Origin: Macrostomum lignano
Lineage: Eukaryota
Direction of reading: 5' to 3'
NCBI GenBank assembly: GCA_002269645.1
Contig: NIVC01002989.1
Coordinates: forward strand, 62,001-126,000
Length of the DNA stretch: 64,000 nucleotides
The notes below the pieces were generated by a model. It saw nothing but the letters and a program-made list of their open reading frames with translations. It was not told where the DNA came from and searched no databases. The position numbers were made by a program, and so were the translations under genes. Positions 11,101-23,099 of this stretch are shown one piece after another (within the stretch, counting starts at the first letter, position 1; each line of letters starts with the position of its first letter).

Positions 11101-12602
11101 CTCGTTCGGTGGAGCCACATGCCATCAAGGCTGAAATGTCGATTAAACAACTCAGATATAACTATATAATTTGCTATAAACTGTCACTCAGGCGCTTGTC
11201 GCAGCCAGTTTATTAACGAGACTAAATGGATTGGTATTAGACGCAGATCTGCCGCTAGGTGCAACAAGCTCAAACAGGTATCCGTGTGCTGTTGAACTTT
11301 AATTGAGTTTGCCCGATATCTGCCCATTGTTAAATCTATAGCATACTTCAATCTCTGCAATATGCTTCAATAGTTAAGCTATTGTAATTGCTTTTATGCT
11401 AGTTATAATCATCATTTCATTTTTTCGTATGAACTACTCAAGGCGAACTTCGAAAATGCGTTTTTACAACTTTGTTAAATTGGCGCAAGGATTCCAGGAA
11501 ATATCTGCGCAGGAACAGCGTAAGATGCTAGTGCCCGGATACACCTAGATCAGGATATTGATCCCTAAGCTCCCACAGTGAGGATATCGATCCCTAAGCT
11601 CCCACAGTGAGGATATCGATCCCTAAGCTCCCACAGTGAGGATATCGATCCCTAAGCTCCCACAGTGAGGATATCGATCCCTAAGCTCCCACAGTGAGGA
11701 TATCGATCCCTAAGCTCCCACAGTGAGGATATCGATCCCTAAGCTCCCACAGTGAGGATATCGATCCCTAAGCTCCCACAGTGAGGATATCGATCCCTAA
11801 GCTTCCACAGTGAGGATATCGATCCCTAAGCTCCCACAGTGAGGATATCGATCCCTAAGCTCCCACAGTGAGGATATCGATCCCTAAGCTCCCACAGTGA
11901 GGATATCGATCCCTAAGCTCCCACAGTGAGGATATCGATCCCTAAGCTCCCACAGTGAGGGTATCGATCCCTAAGCTCCCACAGTGAGGGTATCGATCCC
12001 TAAGCTCCCAGAATGAGGATATCGATCCCTAAGCTCCCACAGTGAGGATATCGATCCCTAAGCTCCCACAGTGAGGATATCGATCCCTAAGCTCCCACTG
12101 TGAGGATATCGATCCCTAAGCTCCCACAGTGAGGATATCGATCCCTAAGCTGCCAGGCATGTCTAACTGTCTGCAATCCTGTGCAACACATTCTGCCCAG
12201 AAACTGAGCCGCAGGCAAAAAGCGTTCGAGTCGCTGCTGCCGTCCCTGACCCCGGACGATCTTGAGCAGTACCGTCTGGTGCTCACACGGGATCTCACAT
12301 CGTCGGACGAGGAGGACGAGTCTGAGAACTTGCGCGTCCGCCAGCTAGTGTGGGAGTCCGACCGGGTCAGAGAGATCAAATCCGCTCTGGACTCGATGTA
12401 TCTGCGGCGATTCGCCACCGTCAAGCAGCGCGCCCAGCTAGAAAAATGTCGGCGCGACGCGGGCGCCCGCAGCGCCAGACTGGTGCCGCCTGGCGCGCCT
12501 GACTGGGCGATTCGACCAGACTTTCAGCAGCAGCAGCAGCAGCAGCACCAGTCCATGGGCGGCGGCTCCGAGCCAGATGGCAACGGCAGCGGTTTCGAGT
12601 GA
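8125..12602 (+). CDS. Gene 2: tandem paralogue of gene 1 (C14orf93-like). Exons 8125(ATG)-8802, 9051-9118, 9204-9298, one of the cassettes (9299-11519), 12201-12602
   Basis: Junctions are CGG|gtgagg, tttttag|AAC, CC|gtaagt, aaacag|C, TGG AAA G|gtcaga and ctgcccag|AAA, with TGA at 12600-12602; phases are consistent. The product NLLKDTYKNLRGSGPHLFDFSKPWEHTVNQAVAQTVIEQA...WK-[cassette]-KLSRRQK...VLTRDLTSSDEE...VRQLVWESDRVREIKSALD...SARLVPPGAPDWA is clearly homologous to gene 1. The start codon is uncertain; an acceptor at 8020/8021 could add upstream sequence. Confidence 0.75.
9778..9863 (+). CDS. Gene 2 cassette exon (86 nt, phase 1->0): VMASNLYYSTKKLLASWVNNSRKYKRRNG
   Basis: ctcgctgtag|TG ... 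GGG|gtacgt; open in the required frame. Confidence 0.7.
10040..10960. repeat. 27-bp minisatellite (GGACCTTGGAACTGGAAGCCCACTATA and variants)
   Basis: More than 30 units between gene 2 cassettes; source of the LELEAHYRT/GFQFQGP artefact ORFs. Confidence 0.95.
11192..11277 (+). CDS. Gene 2 cassette exon (86 nt, phase 1->0): GACRSQFINETKWIGIRRRSAARCNKLKQ
   Basis: ctgtcactcag|GC ... CAG|gtatcc; same 86-nt length; splicing gives WK-GAC, recalling KGAC in human C14orf93 as I remember it. Confidence 0.7.
11443..11519 (+). CDS. Gene 2 cassette exon (77 nt, phase 1->0): GELRKCVFTTLLNWRKDSRKYLRRNS
   Basis: ctactcaag|GC ... AGC|gtaaga; its W-x-x-x-SRKY-x-RRN end matches the 9778 cassette. The AAG acceptor is weaker. 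Confidence 0.6.
11555..12150. repeat. 29-bp minisatellite (GAGGATATCGATCCCTAAGCTCCCACAGT)
   Basis: About 20 near-identical units in the last intron of gene 2. Confidence 0.95.
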
Positions 12603-12699
12603 AGCTGCCGGTCGCTGAGGCCGCGAAATGTTTTTAATAGATTGAGAGAAAGTCAGCTAATTTCTCTGACGGACGTACAGCTGGTGTCCTCGAACTACT

Positions 12700-13320
12700 T
12701 ACCTGAAGCCACCTCCTGAAGCTAACCTCCCCTGAAGCCACTCTCCTGAAGATACCCCCTCAAAAGATGCTCCTGAAGCTACCCTCCCTGAAGCTACCCT
12801 CCTGAAGCTAACCTCCCCTGAAGCCACTCTCCTGAAGATACCCCCTCAAAAGATGCTCCTGAAGCTACGCTCCCTGAAGCTACCCTCCCTAAAACTACCC
12901 TCCTGAAGCTACTCTTCTGAAGATACCCTCCCTCAAAGTTGCCCCTGAATCTGCCCTTCTGAAGCTAACCTTTCTTAAAGCCACTCTCCTAAAGCTACCC
13001 TCCCTCTGAACATACCCCTGAAGCTATCCCTCTGAAGATACCCCTGAAGCTATCCTCCTTCTGATGATACCCCTGAAGCTATCCTCCTTCTGATGATACC
13101 CCTGAAGCTATCGTCCCTCTGATGATACCCCTGAAGCTATCGTCCCTCTGATGATACCCCTGAAGCTATCCTCCCTCTGAAGATACCCCTGAAGCTACCC
13201 TCCCTCTGATGATACCCCTGAAGCTACCCTCCCTCTGATGATACTCCTGAGGCTACCCCTGAAGCTACCCTCCCTCTGATGATACTTCTGAGGCTACCCC
13301 TGAAGCTACCCTCCCAGCCT
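12700..13320. repeat. Degenerate CTGAAGCTACCCT-core minisatellite
   Basis: Imperfect tandem units downstream of gene 2. Confidence 0.8.
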
Positions 13321-13879
13321 TTGCCCCCACCTCTGTCGCTATTCTTTGTCCAAGTTCTCCAATAATGCAATTTCCGATTGCTTGTCCGTCTGAATGTGCC
13401 CAAGTATTTTAGCTCGCATGTGTTCGATTGTGTATTGATTCGAATTATTGGTCTGTAAATTTCCCTAATAAATACTCCTATACCCTCTGCTTAACTGTTG
13501 TTAGTTGTTGCTCAAGAATGAACTTTGCTAGACTAAAACTATTCTTGTTCTCGTGCGTGACACCGTATTGCATCTCAGCTAGGATTTGTGTGCATTTGCC
13601 CCCGTATTTGGACTGAGACTTTGTTAACTCGGTTATTATATTATTCTATGATCCTTGGTGTTCACTGTTGTAAATCTTAACTATATTTCTTTCTGTTCTG
13701 CTTACAGACAAGCAATGCACCCACTGACACACACAAACCCGTGCACATTGTGTGCAATAATAATATTTTAGCTCGCCCAATTTGCAATTGACCATCTGAT
13801 CATTCTCATCAATTCTCATATAATAGACATTTTTGAGCGAAGTTGTTTTTCTGATGCTTCTTGTCATTTCGAGAGGAGA

Positions 13880-14270
13880 GGATGAGGATGGGGGTGGGAT
13901 ATCGTGAATGGGATATTAGGGATGGAATATTGGGAATGGGATATGGAGGATGGGGTATGAGGGTGGGATATGGGGTATGGAGGATAGGATATGGGGGATG
14001 GGATATGGGAGATGGGATATGGGGGGATGTGATATGGGGGATGGGATATGGAGGATGGGATATGGGGAATATAATATTGGGGATATAATATTAGGGATGG
14101 GATAAAGGGGAATGGGGCATGGGGGTTGGGATATGGGGAAAGGGATATCGCGAATGGAATATCGGGAATGTGGGGAATGGGGGTGGGGTATGGGGGATGA
14201 GATATGGGGTGGGATGTAAGGAATAGGATTTGGGGGATGGGAAAGGATGGGGATGTCCAAGAGAGGATAC
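13880..14270. repeat. Degenerate 7-bp GGGATAT-type G-rich repeat
   Basis: Direct reading. Confidence 0.8.
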
Positions 14271-14744
14271 GAGATTGGTATTCAAATGCACACGACTTAA
14301 CCAATATAATCGAAGAAGTTATTAACCGAATTTGTTCAAGCTATACGAGCATATTTCTGCATATATCGAGTAATTCACAAATATTTGTGTGTAAAAAGAG
14401 TGGATTTAAAAAACTGCAGCATAAACTGAGACCAGTGCCGCTCAGCACTCGTCCTCTGGCTGGCTGGCTTTTCAAAGACTGCCACCAGACAGGCCAGGTT
14501 CTTGACCCGCAACTTGGACCATGTCGAAGTAGACTCCCAAGTTTAGACAGTCACAGAATACGAGCCTACCCTCAATTGTCATTGGTGAAAATTTTTAGCG
14601 AGTAAAAGGGTTTCGGGTTCTTTGTGGTTCCTAGAATTCCATGTTCTCTAGAAGGCTTCCAGGGGCTCTAGACTGGTTCATGGATCTCTGGAAAGGTTCC
14701 ATTCCATATACTTTTAGAATGGTTCTATGTTCTCTGTAAGAGTT

Positions 14745-15070
14745 CCAGGGTCGCTATAAGGGTTCCAGGGTCTCTAGAAGGGTTCCATGGTCTCTAGAAT
14801 GGTTCCAGGGTCTCTAGAATGGTTCCAGGGTCTCTAGAATGGTTCCAGGGTCTCTAGAATGGTTCCAGGGTCTCTAGAATGGTTCCAGGGTCTCTGGAAT
14901 GGTTCCAGGGTCTCTAGAAGGGTTCCAGGGTCTCTAGAAGGGTTCCAGGGTCTCTAGAATGGTTCCAGGGTCTCTGGAAGGGTTCTATGCTCTCTAGAAT
15001 GATTTTAGGGTCTCTAGAATTGTTCCATGTTCTCTAGAAAGGTTCCAGGGTCTCTAGAAGGGTTCTCTAG
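14745..15070. repeat. 20-bp minisatellite (TCTCTAGAATGGTTCCAGGG)
   Basis: About 15 units. Confidence 0.9.
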
Positions 15071-15804
15071 AATGATTTCTGTTTTCTACAGGTGGAACGA
15101 TTCCAGAGTCTTCACCCGCTAATCTTGTACCTTTTGGCTCTAATGGGGTTCTGGTACTCGTACCTCTAGCATTGGGTAAGTTTCAAATTCCATTCGAGGA
15201 GCACAACTGGGCCAATCAACCTATTGGCATCGAAGATCCAAAAATACGCGTCAAAACGGCCAACCATTCAATGGAAGCCGGATCTGTTTTTGGCGTGCAA
15301 AACACCATGCAACCGTAGGTGCTGCCGTCTCGAACTATGCGGTACTCCGGCATGACCATGGAACCGTCTGGGATGCTGGTCCTCTCCATCCAGACCGTTT
15401 TGGCCACTTTGTTCAGCTCCTCTCGCTGATTTTCGTTTGTTCAAGTCCAGGATTCTTCTTAGCAGGCATGTTGAATCCGCTGATTCTGAATTTACATGTA
15501 TTGACAGTGTTGAGAAAATCTTCCTCAATCCAGCTTCGCTGGCTGACGAGGTGCAACCGCTTCTGAAGCTCGTTGGTTTCGTACTTCATCGAGACGAATG
15601 CGTTGTCTCATCCGTCGCGTCGTTGTAGCAGTCATCGTCGTCGTACACGATGTACATGTACTTGTGCGCGCAGTCGGCTCTGCGATCTCCGTCCAGAAGT
15701 CACAGTCGTCATTGAAGTCAGACAGGACACTTTGGTGCGTATTGCGTGGCAGATTCTTCAACACGCTGTCCTGTTGCGACTTCTCTTCATGCGAATCCTC
15801 GTTC

Positions 15805-18800
15805 TCAACTCGAGACTCTCCATCTTCAACGTGAGACTCTCCCGTCTTCAACATGAGACTCTTCGTCCTCAACTCGAGACTCTCTGTCTTCAACATGAGA
15901 CTCTCCGTCCTCAACTCGAGACTCTCCGTCCTCAACTCGAGACTCTACGTCCTCAACTCGAGACTCTCCGTATTCAACATGAGACTCTCCGTCCTCAACT
16001 CGAGACTCTCCGTCCTCAACTCGAGACTCTCCGTATTCAACTCGAGACTCTCCGTCTTCAACATGAGACTCTCCGTCCTCAACTCGAGACTCCGTCTTCA
16101 ACATGAGACTCTCCGTCCTCAACTCGAGACTCTCAGTCCTCAACTCGAGACTCTCCGTCCTCAACTAGAGACTCTCCGTCTTCAACTCGAGACTCTCCGT
16201 CTTCAACATGAGACTCTCCGTATTCAACTCGAGACTCTCCGTCTTCAACATTAGACTCTCCGTCTTCAACATGAGACTCTCCGTCTTCAACACGAGACTC
16301 TCCGTCCTCAACTCGAGACTCCGTCCTCAACTCGAGACTCTCCGTCTTCAACATGAGACTCCGTCTTCAACATGAGACTCTCCGTCTTCAACACGAGACT
16401 CTCCGTCCTCAACTCGAGACTCTCCGTCTTCAACATGAGACTCTCCGTCTTCAACATGAGACTCTCCGTATTCAACTCGAGACTCTCCGTCTTCAACATG
16501 AGACTCTCCGTCTTCAACATGAGACTCTCCGTCTTCAACATGAGACTCTCCGTCTTCAACATGAGACTCTCCGTATTCAACTCGAGACTCTCCGTCTTCA
16601 ACATGAGACTCTCCGTCTTCAACATGAGACTCTCCGTCTTCAACACGAGACTCTCCGTCCTCAACTCGAGACTCCGTCCTCAACTCGAGACTCTCCGTCT
16701 TCAACATGAGACTCCGTCTTCAACATGAGACTCTCCGTCTTCAACACGAGACTCTCCGTCCTCAACTCGAGACTCTCCGTCCTCAACTCGAGACTCTCCG
16801 TATTCAACATGAGACTCTCCCATCTTCAACATGACTCTCCGTCCTCAACGCGAGACTCTCCATCTTCAACGTGAGACTCTCCCATCTTCAACATGACTCT
16901 CCGTCCTCAACGCGAGACTCTCCATCTTCAACGTGAGACTCTCTCGTCTTCAACATGAGACTCTCCGTCCTCAACTCGAGACTCTCCATCTTCAACATAA
17001 GACTCCGTCTTCAACATGAGACTCTCCGTCCTCAACTCGAGACTCTCCGTCTTCAACATGAGACTCTCCGTCCTCAACATGAGACTCCGTCTTCAACATG
17101 AGACTCTCCGTCCTCAACTCGAGACTCTCCGTCCTCAACTCGAGACTCTCCGTCCTCAACTCGAGACTCCGTCTTCAACATGAGACTCTCCGTCCTCAAC
17201 TCGAGACTCTCCGTCCTCAACTCGAGACTCTCCGTCCTCAACTCGAGACTCTCCGTCTTCAACATGAGACTCTCCGTCTTCAACTCGAGACTCTCCGTCT
17301 TCAACTCGAGACTCTCCGTCCTCAACTCGAGACTCTCCGTCCTCAACTCGAGACTCTCCGTCTTCAACATGAGACTCTCCGTCTTCAACACGAGACTCTC
17401 CGTCCTCAACTCGAGACTCCGTCCTCAACTCGAGACTCTCCGTCTTCAACATGAGACTCCGTCTTCAACATGAGACTCTCCGTCTTCAACACGAGACTCT
17501 CCGTCCTCAACTCGAGACTCTCCGTCTTCAACACGAGACTCTCCGTCCTCAACTCGAGACTCTCCGTCCTCAACTCGAGACTCTCCGTATTCAACATGAG
17601 ACTCTCCGTCCTCAACTCGAGACTCTCCGTCCACAACTCGAGACTCTCCGTATTCAACTCGAGACTCTCCGTCTTCAACATGAGACTCTCTGTCTTCAAC
17701 ATGAGACTCTCCGTCCTCAACTCGAGACTCTCCGTCTTCAACATGAGACTCTCTGTCTTCAACATGAGACTCTCCGTCTTCAACATGAGACTCTCCGTAT
17801 TCAACATGAGACTCTCCGTCTTCAACATGAGACTCCGTCTTCAACACGAGACTCTCCGTCTTCAACATGAGACTCCGTCTTCAACATGAGACTCTCCGTC
17901 TTCAACACGAGACTCTCCGTCCTCAACTCGAGACTCTCCGTCCTCAACTCGAGACTCTCCGTCTTCAACATGAGACTCTCTGTCTTCAACATGAGACTCT
18001 CCGTCTTCAACATGAGACTCTCCGTCTTCAACATGAGACTCTCCGTCCTCAACACGAGACTCTCCGTCCTCAACTCGAGACTCTCCGTCTTCAACTCGAG
18101 ACTCTCCGTCTTCAACATGAGACTCTCCGTCTTCAACATGAGACTCTCTGTCTTCAACATGAGACTCCGTCTTCAACACGAGACTCTCCGTCCTCAACTC
18201 GAGACTCTCCGTCCTCAACTCGAGACTCTCCGTATTCAACATGAGACTCTCCGTCCTCAACTCGAGACTCTCCGTCCTCAACTCGAGACTCTCCGTATTC
18301 AACTCGAGACTCTCCGTCTTCAACATTAGACTCTCCGTCTTCAACATGAGACTCCGTCTTCAACACGAGACTCTCCGTCCTCAACTCGAGACTCTCCGTC
18401 CTCAACTCGAGACTCTCCGTATTCAACATGAGACTCTCCGTCCTCAACTCGAGACTCTCCGTCCTCAACTCGAGACTCTCCGTATTCAACTCGAGACTCT
18501 CCGTCTTCAACATGAGACTCTCCGTCCTCAACTCGAGACTCCGTCTTCAACATGAGACTCTCCGTCCTCAACTCGAGACTCTCAGTCCTCAACTCGAGAC
18601 TCTCCGTCCTCAACTAGAGACTCTCCGTCTTCAACTCGAGACTCTCCGTCTTCAACATGAGACTCTCCGTATTCAACTCGAGACTCTCCGTCTTCAACAT
18701 GAGACTCTCCGTCTTCAACATGAGACTCTCCGTCTTCAACACGAGACTCTCCGTCCTCAACTCGAGACTCCGTCCTCAACTCGAGACTCTCCGTCTTCAA

Positions 18801-21800
18801 CATGAGACTCCGTCTTCAACATGAGACTCTCCGTCTTCAACACGAGACTCTCCGTCCTCAACTCGAGACTCTCCGTCTTCAACACGAGACTCTCCGTCCT
18901 CAACTCGAGACTCTCCGTCCTCAACTCGAGACTCTCCGTATTCAACATGAGACTCTCCGTCCTCAACTCGAGACTCTCCGTCCTCAACTCGAGACTCTCC
19001 GTATTCAACTCGAGACTCTCCGTCTTCAACATGAGACTCTCCGTTTTCAACATGAGACTCTCCGTCCTCAACTCGAGACTCTACGTCTTCAACATGAGAC
19101 TCTCTGTCTTCAACATGAGACTCTCCGTCTTCAACATGAGACTCTCCGTATTCAACATGAGACTCTCCGTCTTCAACACGAGACTCTCCGTCCTCAACTC
19201 GAGACTCTCCGTCCTCAACTCGAGACTCTCCGTCTTCAACATGAGACTCTCTGTCTTCAACATGAGACTCTCCGTCTTCAACATGAGACTCTCCGTCTTC
19301 AACATGAGACTCTCCGTCCTCAACACGAGACTCTCCGTCCTCAACTCGAGACTCTCCGTCTTCAACTCGAGACTCTCCGTCTTCAACATGAGACTCTCCG
19401 TCTTCAACATGAGACTCTCTGTCTTCAACATGAGACTCCGTCTTCAACACGAGACTCTCCGTCCTCAACTCGAGACTCTCCGTCCTCAACTCGAGACTCT
19501 CCGTATTCAACATGAGACTCTCCGTCCTCAACTCGAGACTCTCCGTCCTCAACTCGAGACTCTCCGTATTCAACTCGAGACTCTCCGTCTTCAACATTAG
19601 ACTCTCCGTCTTCAACATGAGACTCCGTCTTCAACACGAGACTCTCCGTCCTCAACTCGAGACTCTCCGTCCTCAACTCGAGACTCTCCGTATTCAACAT
19701 GAGACTCTCCGTCCTCAACTCGAGACTCTCCGTCCTCAACTCGAGACTCTCCGTCTTCAACTCGAGACTCTCCGTCTTCAACATGAGACTCTTCGTCCTC
19801 AACTCGAGACTCCGTCTTCAACATGAGACTCTCCGTCCTCAACTCGAGACTCTCAGTCCTCAACTCGAGACTCTCCGTCCTCAACTAGAGACTCTCCGTC
19901 TTCAACTCGAGACTCTCCGTCTTCAACATGAGACTCTCCGTATTCAACTCGAGACTCTCCGTCTTCAACATGAGACTCTCCGTCTTCAACATGAGACTCT
20001 CCGTCTTCAACACGAGACTCTCCGTCCTCAACTCGAGACTCCGTCCTCAACTCGAGACTCTCCGTCTTCAACATGAGACTCCGTCTTCAACATGAGACTC
20101 TCCGTCTTCAACATGAGACTCTCCGTCCTCAACTCGAGACTCTCAGTCCTCAACTCGAGACTCTCCGTCTTCAACATGAGACTCTCCGTATTCAACTCGA
20201 GACTCTCCGTCTTCAACATGAGACTCTCCGTCTTCAACATGAGACTCTCCGTCTTCAACATGAGACTCTCCGTCTTCAACATGAGACTCTCCGTATTCAA
20301 CTCGAGACTCTCCGTCTTCAACATGAGACTCTCCGTCTTCAACATGAGACTCTCCGTCTTCAACACGAGACTCTCCGTCCTCAACTCGAGACTCCGTCCT
20401 CAACTCGAGACTCTCCGTCTTCAACATGAGACTCCGTCTTCAACATGAGACTCTCCGTCTTCAACACGAGACTCTCCGTCCTCAACTCGAGACTCTCCGT
20501 CTTCAACTCGAGACTCTCCGTATTCAACATGAGACTCTCCCATCTTCAACATGACTCTCCGTCCTCAACGCGAGACTCTCCATCTTCAACGTGAGACTCT
20601 CCCATCTTCAACATGACTCTCCGTCCTCAACGCGAGACTCTCCATCTTCAACGTGAGACTCTCTCGTCTTCAACATGAGACTCTCCGTCCTCAACTCGAG
20701 ACTCTCCATCTTCAACATGAGACTCCGTCTTCAACATGAGACTCTCCGTCCTCAACTCGAGACTCTCCGTCTTCAACATGAGACTCTCCGTCCTCAACAT
20801 GAGACTCCGTCTTCAACATGAGACTCTCCGTCCTCAACTCGAGACTCTCCGTCCTCAACTCGAGACTCTCCGTCCTCAACTCGAGACTCCGTCTTCAACA
20901 TGAGACTCTCCGTCCTCAACTCGAGACTCTCCGTCCTCAACTCGAGACTCTCCGTCCTCAACTCGAGACTCTCCGTCTTCAACATGAGACTCTCCGTCCT
21001 CAACTCGAGACTCTCCGTCTTCAACTCGAGACTCTCCGTCCTCAACTCGAGACTCTCCGTCCTCAACTCGAGACTCTCCGTATTCAACATGAGACTCTCC
21101 GTCCTCAACTCGAGACTCTCCGTCCTCAACTCGAGACTCTCCGTCCTCAACTCGAGACTCTCCGTCTTCAACATGAGACTCTCCGTCCTCAACTCGAGAC
21201 TCTCCGTCTTCAACTCGAGACTCTCCGTCCTCAACTCGAGACTCTCCGTCCTCAACTCGAGACTCTCCGTCTTCAACATGAGACTCTCCGTCCTCAACTC
21301 GAGACTCTCCGTCTTCAACTCGAGACTCTCCGTCCTCAACTCGAGACTCTCCGTCCTCAACTCGAGACTCTCCGTATTCAACATGAGACTCTCCGTCCTC
21401 AACTCGAGACTCCGTCTTCAACTCGAGACTCTCCGTATTCAACATGAGACTCTCCGTCCTCAACTCGAGACTCTCCGTCCTCAACTCGAGACTCTCCGTA
21501 TTCAACTCGAGACTCTCCGTCTTCAACATGAGACTCTCCGTTTTCAACATGAGACTCTCCGTCCTCAACTCGAGACTCTCCGTCTTCAACATGAGACTCT
21601 CTGTCTTCAACATGAGACTCTCCGTCTTCAACATGAGACTCTCCGTATTCAACATGAGACTCTCCGTCTTCAACATGAGACTCCGTCTTCAACACGAGAC
21701 TCTCCGTCTTCAACATGAGACTCCGTCTTCAACATGAGACTCTCCGTCTTCAACACGAGACTCTCCGTCCTCAACTCGAGACTCTCCGTCCTCAACTCGA

Positions 21801-22220
21801 GACTCTCCGTCTTCAACATGAGACTCTCTGTCTTCAACATGAGACTCTCCGTCTTCAACATGAGACTCTCCGTCTTCAACATGAGACTCTCCGTCCTCAA
21901 CACGAGACTCTCCGTCCTCAACTCGAGACTCTCCGTCCTCAACTCGAGACTCTCCGTCTTCAACATGAGACTCTCCGTCTTCAACATGAGACTCTCTGTC
22001 TTCAACATGAGACTCCGTCTTCAACACGAGACTCTCCGTCTTCAACATGAGACTCCGTCTTCAACACGAGACTCTCCGTCCTCAACTCGAGACTCTCCGT
22101 CCTCAACTCGAGACTCTCCGTATTCAACATGAGACTCTCCGTCCTCAACTCGAGACTCTCCGTATTCAACTCGAGACTCTCCGTCTTCAACATTAGACTC
22201 TCCGTCTTCAACATGAGACT
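15805..22220. repeat. ~6.4-kb 21-bp minisatellite (GAGACTCTCCGTCYTCAACWY) with 19-bp variants and higher-order duplications
   Basis: Roughly 300 units. A diagnostic variant block recurs at ~16820 and ~20540 (3720-bp period). Confidence 0.95.
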
Positions 22221-22223
22221 TAC

Positions 22224-22407
22224 CGATCTCATCGCGAGACTCTCCGTCCTTTACCTGCGACCCCTCGGACTTCGACTTGGTTATATCAATGAGGACACTG
22301 TCGCCCTCATTTAACTCCAATGCACTGTCGCCGCTCTCGTTGAGCAGAACATCGGGAATCGAGCTTTGTCGCTGATTTTCAATCGAGTCATCGCAGATTG
22401 AGTTGAG
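22224..22407 (-). CDS. Candidate internal exon of an unidentified gene (LNSICDDSIENQRQSSIPDVLLNESGDSALELNEGDSVLIDITKSKSEGSQVKDGESRDEI)
   Basis: gagttcag|CTC acceptor and a consensus G|gtaagt donor; open frame; no family recognised. Confidence 0.35.
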
Positions 22408-23099
22408 CTGAACTCAAACTCCAATAAATACTTCAGACATTCTGATTTGTCACAGGTTCGGTCGTTTGTTTGTAACTCAAAAGTAGCAGAAGTGTTTAAA
22501 CCTTGCACCTGTTATTTTATATACCTGACTCAAATATTTATAATCCTCAAATATATATAATCCTCATTTTCAATCCTCGAGGGGGGGGCAGTGTACTCCT
22601 CACTTTTAATCCAAGCAAAATAAAAAAGATAAATAAACTCATAAGAAGTTACCATTAATAAGATTTAAAATTAAGAATTTTGCTCAGAAAATGGCTTACT
22701 TAGGCCACTTGAATAATTATTTAACATAAATATATTTTAGAGTTTAATTTTTTCAATATTTGATGGCGGATAAATATGACGTACACAAGGCTTATTGGGT
22801 AAAATTCTGAAAAATAAATACATGCATAGAATAAGCAGACACTACAGTTCACTATAATAAATATATTTAATATGAAGACTAAAATTCAAACACGAACGGT
22901 CACCGATATGCGAAAATGGGAAAAACTGAAATGAATTTTTTTAAACTTTCTTTCGAAACTTTATGCAGTCTGCAATTATTAAGTTTTTAATCGTCTTTGA
23001 CTTTAACAAAATGATCCTGGATAGCAAAAGATGACGCAAAAACACACTTCTTTCTAATTAACGGACAGCTAGTTTCTATGGTGGAGCTCCTTTGCTAGG

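Noticed and set aside
10040-12150. 27-bp and 29-bp arrays as CRISPR-like loci
   Set aside because: Units are head-to-tail with no unique spacers, no cas genes, and a eukaryotic intronic context.
14400-15426. Candidate minus-strand exons (REELNKVAKTVW...PEYRIVRDGSTYGCMVFC; WSKLRVKNLACLVAVF) and a plus-strand exon at ~15091-15174
   Set aside because: They look coding-like, with a faint dsRBD-like resemblance, but I could not build a consistent spliced model or assign a family.
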